In this document: piece by piece, positions 1 through 9,406 of the stretch
Position numbering within the stretch: the first letter of the stretch is position 1
How the letters are laid out: each line of letters opens with the position of its first letter
NCBI GenBank assembly: GCA_035290865.1
Contig: DATDTM010000012.1
Location: 11,134-75,133 of the forward strand
Direction of reading: 5' to 3'
Length of the DNA stretch: 64,000 nucleotides
Source of the DNA: Candidatus Nanoarchaeia archaeon
GTDB lineage: Archaea > Nanobdellota > Nanobdellia > Woesearchaeales > GW2011-AR9
The notes under the pieces: generated by a model
Told to the model about the DNA's origin: nothing
Seen by the model: the letters and a program-made list of their open reading frames with translations, nothing else
The model's database searches: none
Made by a program: the position numbers and the translations under genes

Positions 1-137
1 TAACTTTTCTGTCCGGAAAACCCATGCCCGGGCTAATCGCTTTGGAAAAGAATTATTTGGAATATAAACATAAAAAGATTATTGATTGAAAAGTTAAACG
101 AGCTTCTAAGTGTGTTATTCCAAAATATCTCTCTACC

Positions 138-290
138 GGCTCTGTAGAAAGTCTCGAAAAAGTCGTCTTGGCCTGTGCCTTCGCCTTTTTCTCGCTGTAG
201 TATAAACCGAAAAAGTAGCTTAATCTTATCTTACGAAAAGTTTAGCTCAGGCACAATCTTGGCCTAGGCGGCGACTTTTTCTACAGAGCC
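138..290. mobile_element. MITE with IS5-family (IS903-group-like) ends
   Basis: 13-bp TIRs GGCTCTGTAGAAA / TTTCTACAGAGCC; flanking 9-bp near-direct repeats CTCTCTACC (129-137) and CTCTCTGCC (291-299); no ORF. Confidence 0.8.
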
Positions 291-334
291 CTCTCTGCCC
301 ATAAGTTTATATATTTGCTTTTCTTTTAAAGATT

Positions 335-646
335 ATGGCAAACAAAATATCTAATATTGAACGATATGTGGCTGTAACAGCTTATTTATTGGAGTTAGGT
401 TATTTTATATCTTTTTTGACTAAGGGAGAGTCAGAATTCACGAAATATCATTTTAACCAAGAAAGTAAGATTATTACCCGAGTTCTATTGCCCGGACTGG
501 TGATATTCTTTATAAGTATACTCTGGGAAAGTTCTGTATCTAAAATTCTGATCTATCTTGGAAGTTTAGTTGTAATCTTATCATTTATCCTCTCTTTGAT
601 TGGAGCTATTTACGCATTTAAAGGAGAGCTAAAAAAGGTCTTATAA
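335..646 (+). CDS. small membrane protein, hypothetical
   Basis: 103-aa ORF with three hydrophobic segments; TTTATATA box upstream. Confidence 0.65.
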   Translation: MANKISNIERYVAVTAYLLELGYFISFLTKGESEFTKYHFNQESKIITRVLLPGLVIFFISILWESSVSKILIYLGSLVVILSFILSLIGAIYAFKGELKKVL

Positions 647-744
647 TTTTTCAGAAATTAAATTTATCTTTAGTCATAACCAAGCAAAAATATTCTTTTT
701 TTAGAGGGTAAGTTTAAATATTTCTTCTTTTTCTTTCTATTCTA

Positions 745-2073
745 ATGGAACTATCCCACTTCATTCATAAATTAGAGAAGTATTCGGAAAAAGCATTGGA
801 ATTCTCCTTGCGAGAGTATGACCAATTACAAAGCTTAAGGGCAGACGTGCTCAAAATAGAAAAATTCTCTCTTCAAGCCATTGATGCAGATTCACCGATT
901 AAAGAGTACCAAAAGCATACCTTAAAGCTGGAGCGATTATCTGAACGAATAGAAAAAAAATTAAACGCTTATACTAAGAGATTGGAGAAACAAGTTTATC
1001 GCATTGGGCGGCGCCTTAATTTAGAAGATAAAGCCTATTTCCAATCATTTCTAGATCAATTGAGGGTTTGCAAGAATAAGCTAATAATAATTTTAGCAAA
1101 AGGTGGAGAACTTCACCAATTGATTAAGATGAACCCCCCTAAGTGGAATAAAATAAGAGAAAAGATTGACGAAGCGTTGGGCACAGAGACTACCCCAGGG
1201 ATAATGACGATGATTTTATCCCTAAAGCAGTTACAGAGCGTTGAAAAGCGCCTGAAGAATGCCGACCTCGAAAAAGGACTTAAAAGCTATCGGGAAAGAG
1301 CCAACCGGATTTTAGCTGAAAGCGATAGCACCCCTTTCGACTCCGAGGAAATAGGTGCCTCTGAGCGCTTGCGTAAAATTAAAATGGAAAGAGAAGAACA
1401 GGCACTCATTCCAGTAAAAGAGATTATTCGTAAGATTTGTTTTCTGTTCTCCCAAAAATTAGGATTGCCAATAACAGAAAGAGATCTGCCCAATGTTAGG
1501 GTTAACCCTGCCTTAAATAGCCCGGCAGTTTATTATCCAGAAGGCCAATTCATAGAATTGAAGTCTATCCAATCATTTAATGGAGATAGTTTAGCAGAAG
1601 AGATTGCCCATTTCTTTAGAGATAAATTTCATCATGAAAAAACTGAAGAAAGAACCCACGAATTCTTCGGCTATTTAGGAAGGAGATTGTTATACGAAAT
1701 ACTTCCAGTAGCCGAAAAGAGAGCACTATTCCTTACTCCCCCTGTTTATGCAATCACTAAGGAAGTAATGTTGGAGGAAATGCGCCAGGCGAAGGAAAAA
1801 ACATCAGAAAGTATTGAGATACGGATAAAAAAGTCTAAAGCTTACCGAGATGGAGACGAGAAAGAAGTGGAACGGCTTAGAAGAATATTACCCAAACTAG
1901 CAAACTCAGAGTATAGCGATGCCCTTTCGCACCTAACCCACTTTTTGGGTTATTATTATGCTGCACGTGTAGATTTAAGCAAAATTAAAGACTTTAGGAA
2001 ACTGTTTACTATGCCTGATTCCGAAGTTCGGAGAAGGTTCTTTAGGGAAGATCAGGATTACTCTAGGCAGTAA
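745..2073 (+). CDS. N-terminal coiled-coil family protein with C-terminal zincin-like domain
   Basis: 442 aa; N-terminus resembles ORFs at 50974 and 53561; EEIAH...HE motif resembles a variant HExxH site. Confidence 0.7.
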   Translation: MELSHFIHKLEKYSEKALEFSLREYDQLQSLRADVLKIEKFSLQAIDADSPIKEYQKHTLKLERLSERIEKKLNAYTKRLEKQVYRIGRRLNLEDKAYFQSFLDQLRVCKNKLIIILAKGGELHQLIKMNPPKWNKIREKIDEALGTETTPGIMTMILSLKQLQSVEKRLKNADLEKGLKSYRERANRILAESDSTPFDSEEIGASERLRKIKMEREEQALIPVKEIIRKICFLFSQKLGLPITERDLPNVRVNPALNSPAVYYPEGQFIELKSIQSFNGDSLAEEIAHFFRDKFHHEKTEERTHEFFGYLGRRLLYEILPVAEKRALFLTPPVYAITKEVMLEEMRQAKEKTSESIEIRIKKSKAYRDGDEKEVERLRRILPKLANSEYSDALSHLTHFLGYYYAARVDLSKIKDFRKLFTMPDSEVRRRFFREDQDYSRQ

Positions 2074-2106
2074 TGTTTCCGATCCTTTCTTTCATAAGTA
2101 ATTTTG

Positions 2107-2233
2107 TATAGAGAACTTTGAAAAATAGTAATTTTCATCATTTTGGTATAATCTTTAAATGGAAATTACGACCATTTCAAATTCTCTTAGAGGATTGGGA
2201 TATAAATTATTGGATTATTCAAAGTCCTCTATA
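2107..2233. mobile_element. TATAG-ended MITE doublet, copy 1
   Basis: TATAGAGAACTTTGAA ... TTCAAAGTCCTCTATA; related ends at 48028-48124 and 52526-52670. Confidence 0.7.
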
Positions 2234-2328
2234 AATTAATATACTTTTTACAGACTTTACCAGAAAGAAGTTAAAGATAAGGTATTAAAAAATAGACCCC
2301 TAAAAGTAGAGATCAGGAAAGAAACATC

Positions 2329-3618
2329 TTAAACCTTCACCATCATCTCTTTTCCTAAGGCGATCTTGACCAGATTCTGGAACAGATCTAATTCTCCTTT
2401 CAGAGAAACGTCTGTTTTTCTCAATTCTTCTTCTACGGAATTTACCTCTTCCTCCATCTTATCAAATTGTTTGGAGAAATGATCTAATCTATACTTCGCC
2501 TCTTCTAATTTAAAAGATAGGTCTCGGGTAACCGTGGGCGGAATTTCCGATTTTTTGATCTCAGTTTTCAGACGTTGATATTCCCGATGAAGTTTAGACA
2601 ATTCTTCCTGTTGATGAAAAGCAGACAAGAAACTTTCTACCGAAGCAGCATTCAGTAAGATTTTATTTTCATCCAGACTTTGTTTCAGGCTCTTGATTAA
2701 ACTTAAGATGGCCATTCCTTCATCAGTATAAAAAGTATCTGTGGACCTTTCCAGATAATCTTTGACTAATTTATTTCCTGGATAGACTTCTTGGAATTGC
2801 TTTAAGGCCGGCTTGATCTTGGTGATCCAAGCATTGATCTGATTATTTAACTCTTCCATCTCTCGGGAATGCAGCTGTTTTTTAGTGGCAACATTTCTGA
2901 GCAGGGAAAAACCAGAATTATCCTGTAATAACACTAACTCTCTCTCTTTCTCCATCTTTCGGTCTTCGACAATTTTTAATTTCTCTCTTTTCATGGCTAA
3001 AGATTCGGTTAAGATCTTAATCTTCTCTCGTAATTCATCTAAACGGAAAGCTTTTCTTCTGATATTTTCCATCTTGCTGTATCCGCTGGAGATGATCCTA
3101 TCTTCAAACTCATCTTTTAATCTTCTGGTATCCACAATCTCTTTCAGCAAGGGATTAATATCTGTCTCTTTCTCTTCTTTAGACAAGATAAAAGAATAAT
3201 TGTAAGAAAAAGTGCTTGCCTCCAGAGCTTTCTGCAATTCTTCTAGAGCTAGGTCTAACCTGGAATTTAATTCCAATAAATCTTTGATTAAAACTTTATC
3301 CGAAAAAGTTAATAATTCTAAAAATCTTCTGGTATTCCTAAAAAGTCTGGAGATATCTTCAGTATTGGTAGAACCTAATCCTAGCTGGACAATTTTCTGG
3401 TCCCATTCATCTAGTTTGCATTCTAAAGCCCAACGTTTATCTTTAAGAGAATTAACATAATTGATCTGGGCCTCTTCCAGCTGGAATTGATAGACAATAT
3501 CTTCAGTCCTGATTTTAATCCAGTCCTGAAGGTCATTGATATGAACTTCCACTACTCTGTTTTTATTTTCCCGTTCAGTTAATCCTAATTTATCAAAGAC
3601 ATTTAAGATCCAGCTCAT
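2329..3618 (-). CDS. long coiled-coil hypothetical protein
   Basis: 429-aa E/K/L-rich ORF. Confidence 0.75.
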   Translation of the reverse strand: MSWILNVFDKLGLTERENKNRVVEVHINDLQDWIKIRTEDIVYQFQLEEAQINYVNSLKDKRWALECKLDEWDQKIVQLGLGSTNTEDISRLFRNTRRFLELLTFSDKVLIKDLLELNSRLDLALEELQKALEASTFSYNYSFILSKEEKETDINPLLKEIVDTRRLKDEFEDRIISSGYSKMENIRRKAFRLDELREKIKILTESLAMKREKLKIVEDRKMEKERELVLLQDNSGFSLLRNVATKKQLHSREMEELNNQINAWITKIKPALKQFQEVYPGNKLVKDYLERSTDTFYTDEGMAILSLIKSLKQSLDENKILLNAASVESFLSAFHQQEELSKLHREYQRLKTEIKKSEIPPTVTRDLSFKLEEAKYRLDHFSKQFDKMEEEVNSVEEELRKTDVSLKGELDLFQNLVKIALGKEMMVKV

Positions 3619-3771
3619 CTCTATCTTGCTCCTCTTTTCTATTAATGTATACTGCCCAGACCCAGGCTATACTATTAATAGTAATCTAACACCAATAGAA
3701 AAGAGTCTATATAAGAATTTCTATACGGGAAAATAAGCATTTTAAGTACAGTCTGATGCTTACCATTCTTT

Positions 3772-4761
3772 TCACTCCACCGGGAGCATATTCTCCATCC
3801 CCGATAGATCTGGAAGCACTAAACTTTCTGAAGGTAAAATATAAGTCTGGCCTGGTTTGGCTAATTTTGCCTCTACCTTCTTTTTGCCTAACTTTTCTGC
3901 AATTCTTCCTGCCTCCTCTTCCATTCTTGATTCTAATCTAGACAAATAATTATCTGTAGATTCCGGAGCAAAATGAGTGCCTACAATTCTCTGAACCTCA
4001 GCGAGAGTAGCCAATCTGAGTCCAGTTTTATAATCGCTATGACCCCAACCTTTTTTGAAAGATACTGCTTCCTCTTCTGGACTAAGCTGGTCTGCTTGAT
4101 TTGCTGAATCTGCTGAATAAGCTAAATCACCCGAATCTTCTGCTCTTTCCGGCTCGTAGTGCATATCTGCAATCACTAAATCCGCTCCTGCCCAGAATTC
4201 AGCCACTTTATCATCTAGCCAGTTATGTTCCGGTTCATAATCTGTAGAGAAGACAAAAGTAGTCATCTTTCCTTCCCCGAAACGTTCCCGAAAACGATAG
4301 CCGACACTGCCTCCCGAAGGATGATTCTGGAGTAAGGTATCAATGCATAATTCCCCATCATCGTAAATCTCCTCACCCGGCTGAAACTCGTAGATATCCT
4401 TTATTCCTTCTAAAGCGCTAAATGGAACTGGAAAGTTCACCCGCTCATGTTGATTTTCAAGAGCTGTTCTTACACTTATCCCATTAGCTTTTCCATAAAC
4501 AGTAATTCTTCGTTGAGGATCATAAGTTGGTTTAAAGAAAGGCAATCCTTGGATATGATCCCAATGCAAATGAGTCAATAAAAGATATAATTCTTTATCA
4601 CCAACGGAATTTAATCTGCGGATGCCGTTTCCTGCGTCCAGTATAAACGTTTTCCCGCTGTCTGCAGAGACAGAAACACAGCTGGTCTCTCCGCCGTAAG
4701 TTAAATATTGGGGCCCTGAAACCGGTATTGAACCCCGAGTGCCGAAGATAGTTATTCTCAT
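3772..4761 (-). CDS. MBL-fold metallo-hydrolase
   Basis: GTRGS, LDAGNG, THLHWDH, GWGHS and HFAP motifs. Confidence 0.9.
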   Translation of the reverse strand: MRITIFGTRGSIPVSGPQYLTYGGETSCVSVSADSGKTFILDAGNGIRRLNSVGDKELYLLLTHLHWDHIQGLPFFKPTYDPQRRITVYGKANGISVRTALENQHERVNFPVPFSALEGIKDIYEFQPGEEIYDDGELCIDTLLQNHPSGGSVGYRFRERFGEGKMTTFVFSTDYEPEHNWLDDKVAEFWAGADLVIADMHYEPERAEDSGDLAYSADSANQADQLSPEEEAVSFKKGWGHSDYKTGLRLATLAEVQRIVGTHFAPESTDNYLSRLESRMEEEAGRIAEKLGKKKVEAKLAKPGQTYILPSESLVLPDLSGMENMLPVE

Positions 4762-4882
4762 GGTTCTCCCTCCATTCCCTTCAGGAACAAATGACTAATA
4801 TCTTGCTACTATTTAATACCAAATGGCTGTATTTTAGTGATAAATCGTAAAGATTAAATAGTAATTGCTCTTTATTACTTTC

Positions 4883-5905
4883 ATGAGAGTTTTGACTCCT
4901 TCCCGGCAATTGCTTAAGCTTGATGCTAACGACTGGAAAATTCTTTCTGAAATCAAAGATAATGCCCGTCAGCCGTTAACTAAAATTGCAGAAAAAGTCC
5001 ATCTTTCCAGGTCGGCTGTTGAGTACAGGCTGAAACAGATGCATCAAGAGCAATTAATTACTGGATATCGAACTTTAATCAATATTCATAAATTAGGATA
5101 TAAGTCTTACCATGTATTTTTGGATGCGCATACCCCCCATGAAGAAAAAGAGCTGCTGGCCAGAGCCATTAATGCTGATTATGTTAATGCTTTAATTCTC
5201 TACAGCGGAAGATACAATTTAGAGATTTCTATCCTGGCCAAAGATGAGCTAGACTTTCTGGAGAAATATGCTCAATTAGTAGATAAGATCCACTTCCGCA
5301 AGGATTTATATCTAATTTTATTGGAGACAATCTCAGCAAGAGTCCTTCCTGATAAATATATCCAAAAAGGCCAGCCTAAAGAAAAATCTTTTCTTACTCT
5401 AAAAAAGAAGAATAATTCCTCTAAACTGGATTTGGTAGATGTAAAACTGCTTTATTCCATCTCCAAAGAGGCGATTAAAACCTATCTTTCTTTAGCCAAA
5501 GAGCTAAACGTATCTAAAGATGCCTTGAAATACCGCTTAAAGAAATTAGAAGAGAATGGGACCATTCTAGAATATCGGCCGGCAATTAATTATTCCGCCC
5601 TGGGATTATCCATCAATGCGGTATTAATCAACTTAAGCCAGGATACTGAAAAAATAAAGCAGTTTGAAAATTTTTTGAAAAATGAGCCATCAGTTTTATG
5701 GTCAGCACGAACTTTCGGATATTATGATTATCTTCTTTATGTCATCAGCCAGGGGTTGGACGAGTTTCATCAGACCATTAATAATCTTAAAAAACAGTTC
5801 GCGGAATTGATTAAGAATTATGAGGTGCTCTTCGCTTATGAAGAAGTAAAGTATGAATTCATCTCTAAAGGTATGGTGGAAGAATTGAGTAGGAAGTTAA
5901 AATGA
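4883..5905 (+). CDS. tandem Lrp/AsnC family transcriptional regulator
   Basis: two HTH-RAM repeats (LDANDWKIL..., LDLVDVKLL...); ATG 4883 preferred over TTG 4865. Confidence 0.88.
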   Translation: MRVLTPSRQLLKLDANDWKILSEIKDNARQPLTKIAEKVHLSRSAVEYRLKQMHQEQLITGYRTLINIHKLGYKSYHVFLDAHTPHEEKELLARAINADYVNALILYSGRYNLEISILAKDELDFLEKYAQLVDKIHFRKDLYLILLETISARVLPDKYIQKGQPKEKSFLTLKKKNNSSKLDLVDVKLLYSISKEAIKTYLSLAKELNVSKDALKYRLKKLEENGTILEYRPAINYSALGLSINAVLINLSQDTEKIKQFENFLKNEPSVLWSARTFGYYDYLLYVISQGLDEFHQTINNLKKQFAELIKNYEVLFAYEEVKYEFISKGMVEELSRKLK

Positions 5906-5977
5906 AATATGTGAAAAACATCTTAAACAGATAAGGTTACAATAACCTTATATACCACTAATTCTGTTTAGAATATT

Positions 5978-6196
5978 ATGAACCGAAAATCTGTCTCATT
6001 AATAATCTGATTTATATTTATACTTACTTTTCTCATCTTTGGTTGTTCAAATAAACTTGAGGTTAATTGTGATAATCTTAACGGAACAGATTGCTTGATA
6101 TATCAAAATTCCTGTGAACTATGTCCAGAGAAAATAGTTTCTAGTTATGTCGGCTGTCATACCCTAGACTTTTGCAATAAAATTCCAATTCAGTAA
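5978..6196 (+). pseudogene. small Cys-rich lipoprotein interrupted by an in-frame TGA
   Basis: MNRKSVSLII*FIFILTFLIFGCSNK...; TGA at 6008-6010; lipobox IFGC followed by six more Cys. Confidence 0.6.
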
Positions 6197-6214
6197 TGCA
6201 CTTTTAAGAAAAAA

Positions 6215-7414
6215 TCACTTTCCCGCCACGATCTCCAGCACATCCAAATTCTTCAACAGGTACTCTTTACCCACCGCTCTTTTGGTGCGCACATCTTTAG
6301 CGCAGATAAAATTCTTGCCAAAATCAGTATGCAATTTATAGGCGAAGTCCAAGGCCGTGGATTTAGGAGGCATTAGGAAACAGTCAGGAAGGCATCTTCC
6401 TTCCGAATCTTCCAGTTTAGATACCCCTCCGGGAAAGATAGCTAAATAACCTAATAACTCAAAAACCGCTTTATCCAATACTTGCTGCACTCCCGTACTC
6501 CCAAATTGCTCCAAGATATTTTGCTGGATAAATTTCAGGGCATTTTTCTGTTTCTCAGATAATCTTTTCTCATCTAAAATCTTAAACTGATTCTCTCCAG
6601 GAATATATTCAATTAATCCTGCTTTGGCCGCTTCCCGTAAAGCCAGTTCAGACTCCGCAGAACAGCCGATAAATATCCGGTCTGAAAATTCTTTTTTAAT
6701 TCTGACTAAATTTTCTTTCGCTCCTTTTACATCAATTTTATTAGCAGCAATAAGCATGGGCTTGGTTTTCTTACGTAACACCAGAGCTAATCTCTCTAAA
6801 TCTTTCTCTGTCCAGGAAGCAGGCTTATCTTTATCTAAGTTCAGCTCTTTGATGGTATCTTCCATCATCTTTTCAGTAACTTTCAATCCGGAAAGCTGCT
6901 GAGCCAGAGCAATTTTAATCTCTTTCTTTTCCTGCTGGACTGTTCTGGCAAACCTCTCCCAGCCTTTCTTTAAGATTCCTAAATACCATAGATCCAGCTC
7001 TACTTCTAAGAATTTAACATCATTGGCTGGATCGTAACCACCGGAAGCGATTGGCTCTCCTTTCTCGTTGGTAGTCCCGCCCATATCTACCACATGGATT
7101 AAAACATCAGCCTGACGCAAATCATCTAAGAACTGATTGCCCATGCCCTTACCCTCATGCGCCCCAGGCACTAAACCGGCTACATCAATCATTTGCATGG
7201 GAACAAAACGGAACTCTTTAAGCACATAACCTAAACGCGGATTAGACACTTTATTGAAATCTTTGGCTGGATCTTTAACCTTAACGTAACCTACTCCGGT
7301 GTTCGGTTTGATGGTTGCGAAGGGATAATTAGCGATCTCTACTTCCGCCAGCGTAGCTGCTTTGAAGAAAGTTGATTTTCCTACGTTGGCTTTACCTACG
7401 ATTCCTACAATCAT
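6215..7414 (-). CDS. ychF: redox-regulated ATPase YchF / Obg-family GTPase
   Basis: GKANVGKST, YPFATI, DVAGLVPGAHEGKGMGNQFL, NKID, C-terminal TGS domain. Confidence 0.93.
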   Translation of the reverse strand: MIVGIVGKANVGKSTFFKAATLAEVEIANYPFATIKPNTGVGYVKVKDPAKDFNKVSNPRLGYVLKEFRFVPMQMIDVAGLVPGAHEGKGMGNQFLDDLRQADVLIHVVDMGGTTNEKGEPIASGGYDPANDVKFLEVELDLWYLGILKKGWERFARTVQQEKKEIKIALAQQLSGLKVTEKMMEDTIKELNLDKDKPASWTEKDLERLALVLRKKTKPMLIAANKIDVKGAKENLVRIKKEFSDRIFIGCSAESELALREAAKAGLIEYIPGENQFKILDEKRLSEKQKNALKFIQQNILEQFGSTGVQQVLDKAVFELLGYLAIFPGGVSKLEDSEGRCLPDCFLMPPKSTALDFAYKLHTDFGKNFICAKDVRTKRAVGKEYLLKNLDVLEIVAGK

Positions 7415-7507
7415 ATTTAGGCTAAATTCATCAGTTATTTTTATTCTTTGTTATTGAAAACAACGATTTTTAAAGAAATAAATATAAACCCTAAAGTAAT
7501 TAACTTT

Positions 7508-7611
7508 AAAATCTGAATTTTCCACCAGTGTTGCACATGTGGCATAAGCTCCAGCGAGATTACATCACGTGGAAAATTCAGGGTCTGAGGAAACCGCGGT
7601 TTCCGATTGAC
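7508..7611. repeat. palindromic element family D, copy without inner module
   Basis: reverse-complement match to 63102-63258, lacking the internal CCACCACCGG...CTCGGG insert. Confidence 0.85.
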
Positions 7612-7635
7612 GAAAGTTCAAAAGATAACCAAAAA

Positions 7636-8253
7636 ATGGACCAACTTCACAAGCTCCGCAAATTGTACCGCCTGAAGAACATCGAAAGGGCCAATTCTGT
7701 CCTCAGCAGAAAAGAAAGTTCTGCCGAACATACCTGGAGCTGCCTGCTCCTGGCAGACTATTTTCTTAGCCAGGTTAAAAATAGCCAAATTAAAGCAAGT
7801 AAAGATAAAAGTAATCAAGATAAAGATCAGACTAAAGATAAAAAGCTGGACCGCTTGAAAATCTATGAATTATTGCTTTATCATGACCTCATCGAGATTG
7901 AAGCTGGTGATATTCCCATCCATCACGTAGAAGAAAGAAAGCATAAGCAAGAAAAAGAACAGAAAGCTTTTGCTAGTATGAAAAAGCAGTTTCCTGAAGT
8001 TCTTAAAGAAAAGTTTTCTCACTTATTTCAGGAATTTGAAGAGCAAAAAACTCCTGAAGCTAAATTCGCCCGGGCAGTGGACCGGATTGATGCCTTGATT
8101 CATGAACTGGACTACAAAAAAGATTGGAAGGGCTGGAACGAAGCCAAAGTCCGTCAGTTTTACCAGGAAGAGATCAAAGACGTTCCCATAATCAAAGCTG
8201 CTTTTGAGCAGATTTTAAGCTACGCCCGAGAGCAAGGTTACTTCAATCTTTAG
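7636..8253 (+). CDS. HD domain phosphohydrolase (YfbR-like)
   Basis: RKESSAEHTW, LYHDLIE, DRID motifs; the longer N-terminus in the ORF track derives from the repeat element. Confidence 0.88.
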   Translation: MDQLHKLRKLYRLKNIERANSVLSRKESSAEHTWSCLLLADYFLSQVKNSQIKASKDKSNQDKDQTKDKKLDRLKIYELLLYHDLIEIEAGDIPIHHVEERKHKQEKEQKAFASMKKQFPEVLKEKFSHLFQEFEEQKTPEAKFARAVDRIDALIHELDYKKDWKGWNEAKVRQFYQEEIKDVPIIKAAFEQILSYAREQGYFNL

Positions 8254-8313
8254 CTCCATACCTCAAAAAATAGCGGTAACTTTTTAAATAGAGGGTATTT
8301 ATTTAAGCTCAGT

Positions 8314-8424
8314 TGCAAAAGAATAAGATTTCTTTTGTTAGTATAGTGAACGTGAGATATTATCGAACGTGAACTATATTAGAAATTGCTTGAATAATGT
8401 TTGGAAATTAAGCAATTTCTCTAT
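8314..8424 (+). promoter_or_regulatory. structured 5' leader with three hairpins
   Basis: three consecutive stems between TATA (TTTTTAAATA ~8281) and the SD GGAGG of the 8442 ORF. Confidence 0.55.
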
Positions 8425-8441
8425 ATTGGAGGATATATAAA

Positions 8442-8609
8442 ATGAGAAATTTCGACCGATCTGGTCCAAGACCACAAAGTTTCGGGCCAAGAGAAATGCA
8501 TAATGCAGTTTGTTCAGAATGTGGACAAGAGTGCCAAGTGCCTTTCAAACCCACCGAAGGGAAGCCAGTTTTTTGTAAAGAATGTTACTCTAAAAGAAAA
8601 AGATTCTAA
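8442..8609 (+). CDS. CxxC-x17-CxxC domain protein (55 aa, below ORF-track cutoff)
   Basis: MRNFDRSGPRPQSFGPREMHNAVCSECGQECQVPFKPTEGKPVFCKECYSKRKRF; SD GGAGG upstream. Confidence 0.9.
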   Translation: MRNFDRSGPRPQSFGPREMHNAVCSECGQECQVPFKPTEGKPVFCKECYSKRKRF

Positions 8610-8711
8610 TTTTCTTTGAGTTATACTTCATACTTAAACTATAACCATTTTTTTAATTTTTTATTTGATTTTTTATGAATGAATTTTGACTTGTTCTTAA
8701 AGCACAAAAAA

Positions 8712-9335
8712 TCAGTTCTTAGGAATTCCGATATCTACCACTACAATTCTATCTTTAAATTTCTCCAACCCTTTTTTCAGCTCATGGAAACAAACGATCA
8801 GATCTGCCTGGCAACATTTATCTTCCGCCTCGCCAGTATCCGGATCCAATCCCGAAGGCAAATCTACCGCTACTTTTATCCCCGGGATAAAATTAAACAG
8901 ATCGATTCCTGAGCTAAATGGTTCTCGAGCCTTTCCTTTTATTCCCATTCCTAAGATAGCATCAATTAAAATGTAATCAATCCCCTTCTGAAATTTAAAT
9001 TTAATCAGATCTTCTTTGCTTCCAATCTTGATCACGGGCAGAGCAAGTCTAATCTTATTGTAATTTAACTCTGCCTCCTCGCTGAGCTTATCTTTATCCC
9101 CGAAAAATAAGACTAAAGTTCGAGCTTCTTTCCCAAAATAGCGGGCCGCCACAAAACCATCTCCCCCATTATTGCCCTGACCGCAGAAAACCACTATCTG
9201 TTTACCAACTAGATCATATTTCTCTCTCACGGTCTCAAATACCGCCTTGCCTGCATTTTCCATTAATTCTTCAATAGAAATGCCTTGCTGGGTTGCCCAA
9301 TGTTCCAGTTCTTTCATTTCTTTTGCGCTGATCAT
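8712..9335 (-). CDS. nnrE: NAD(P)H-hydrate epimerase (YjeF N-terminal domain)
   Basis: LMENAG, CGQGNNGGDG, DAILGMG, AVDLPSG. Confidence 0.92.
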   Translation of the reverse strand: MISAKEMKELEHWATQQGISIEELMENAGKAVFETVREKYDLVGKQIVVFCGQGNNGGDGFVAARYFGKEARTLVLFFGDKDKLSEEAELNYNKIRLALPVIKIGSKEDLIKFKFQKGIDYILIDAILGMGIKGKAREPFSSGIDLFNFIPGIKVAVDLPSGLDPDTGEAEDKCCQADLIVCFHELKKGLEKFKDRIVVVDIGIPKN

Positions 9336-9406
9336 CTTCTAACTTAATAAAAGCGAAAGAAGTTTTATAAATATTCTGCAATTAAAAGATCTAAAAAGGA
9401 GAAAAG

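Noticed and set aside
5978..6196. TGA recoding or an alternative genetic code
   Set aside because: Several conserved genes (e.g. ychF, aIF2-gamma) terminate at TGA at their expected ends.
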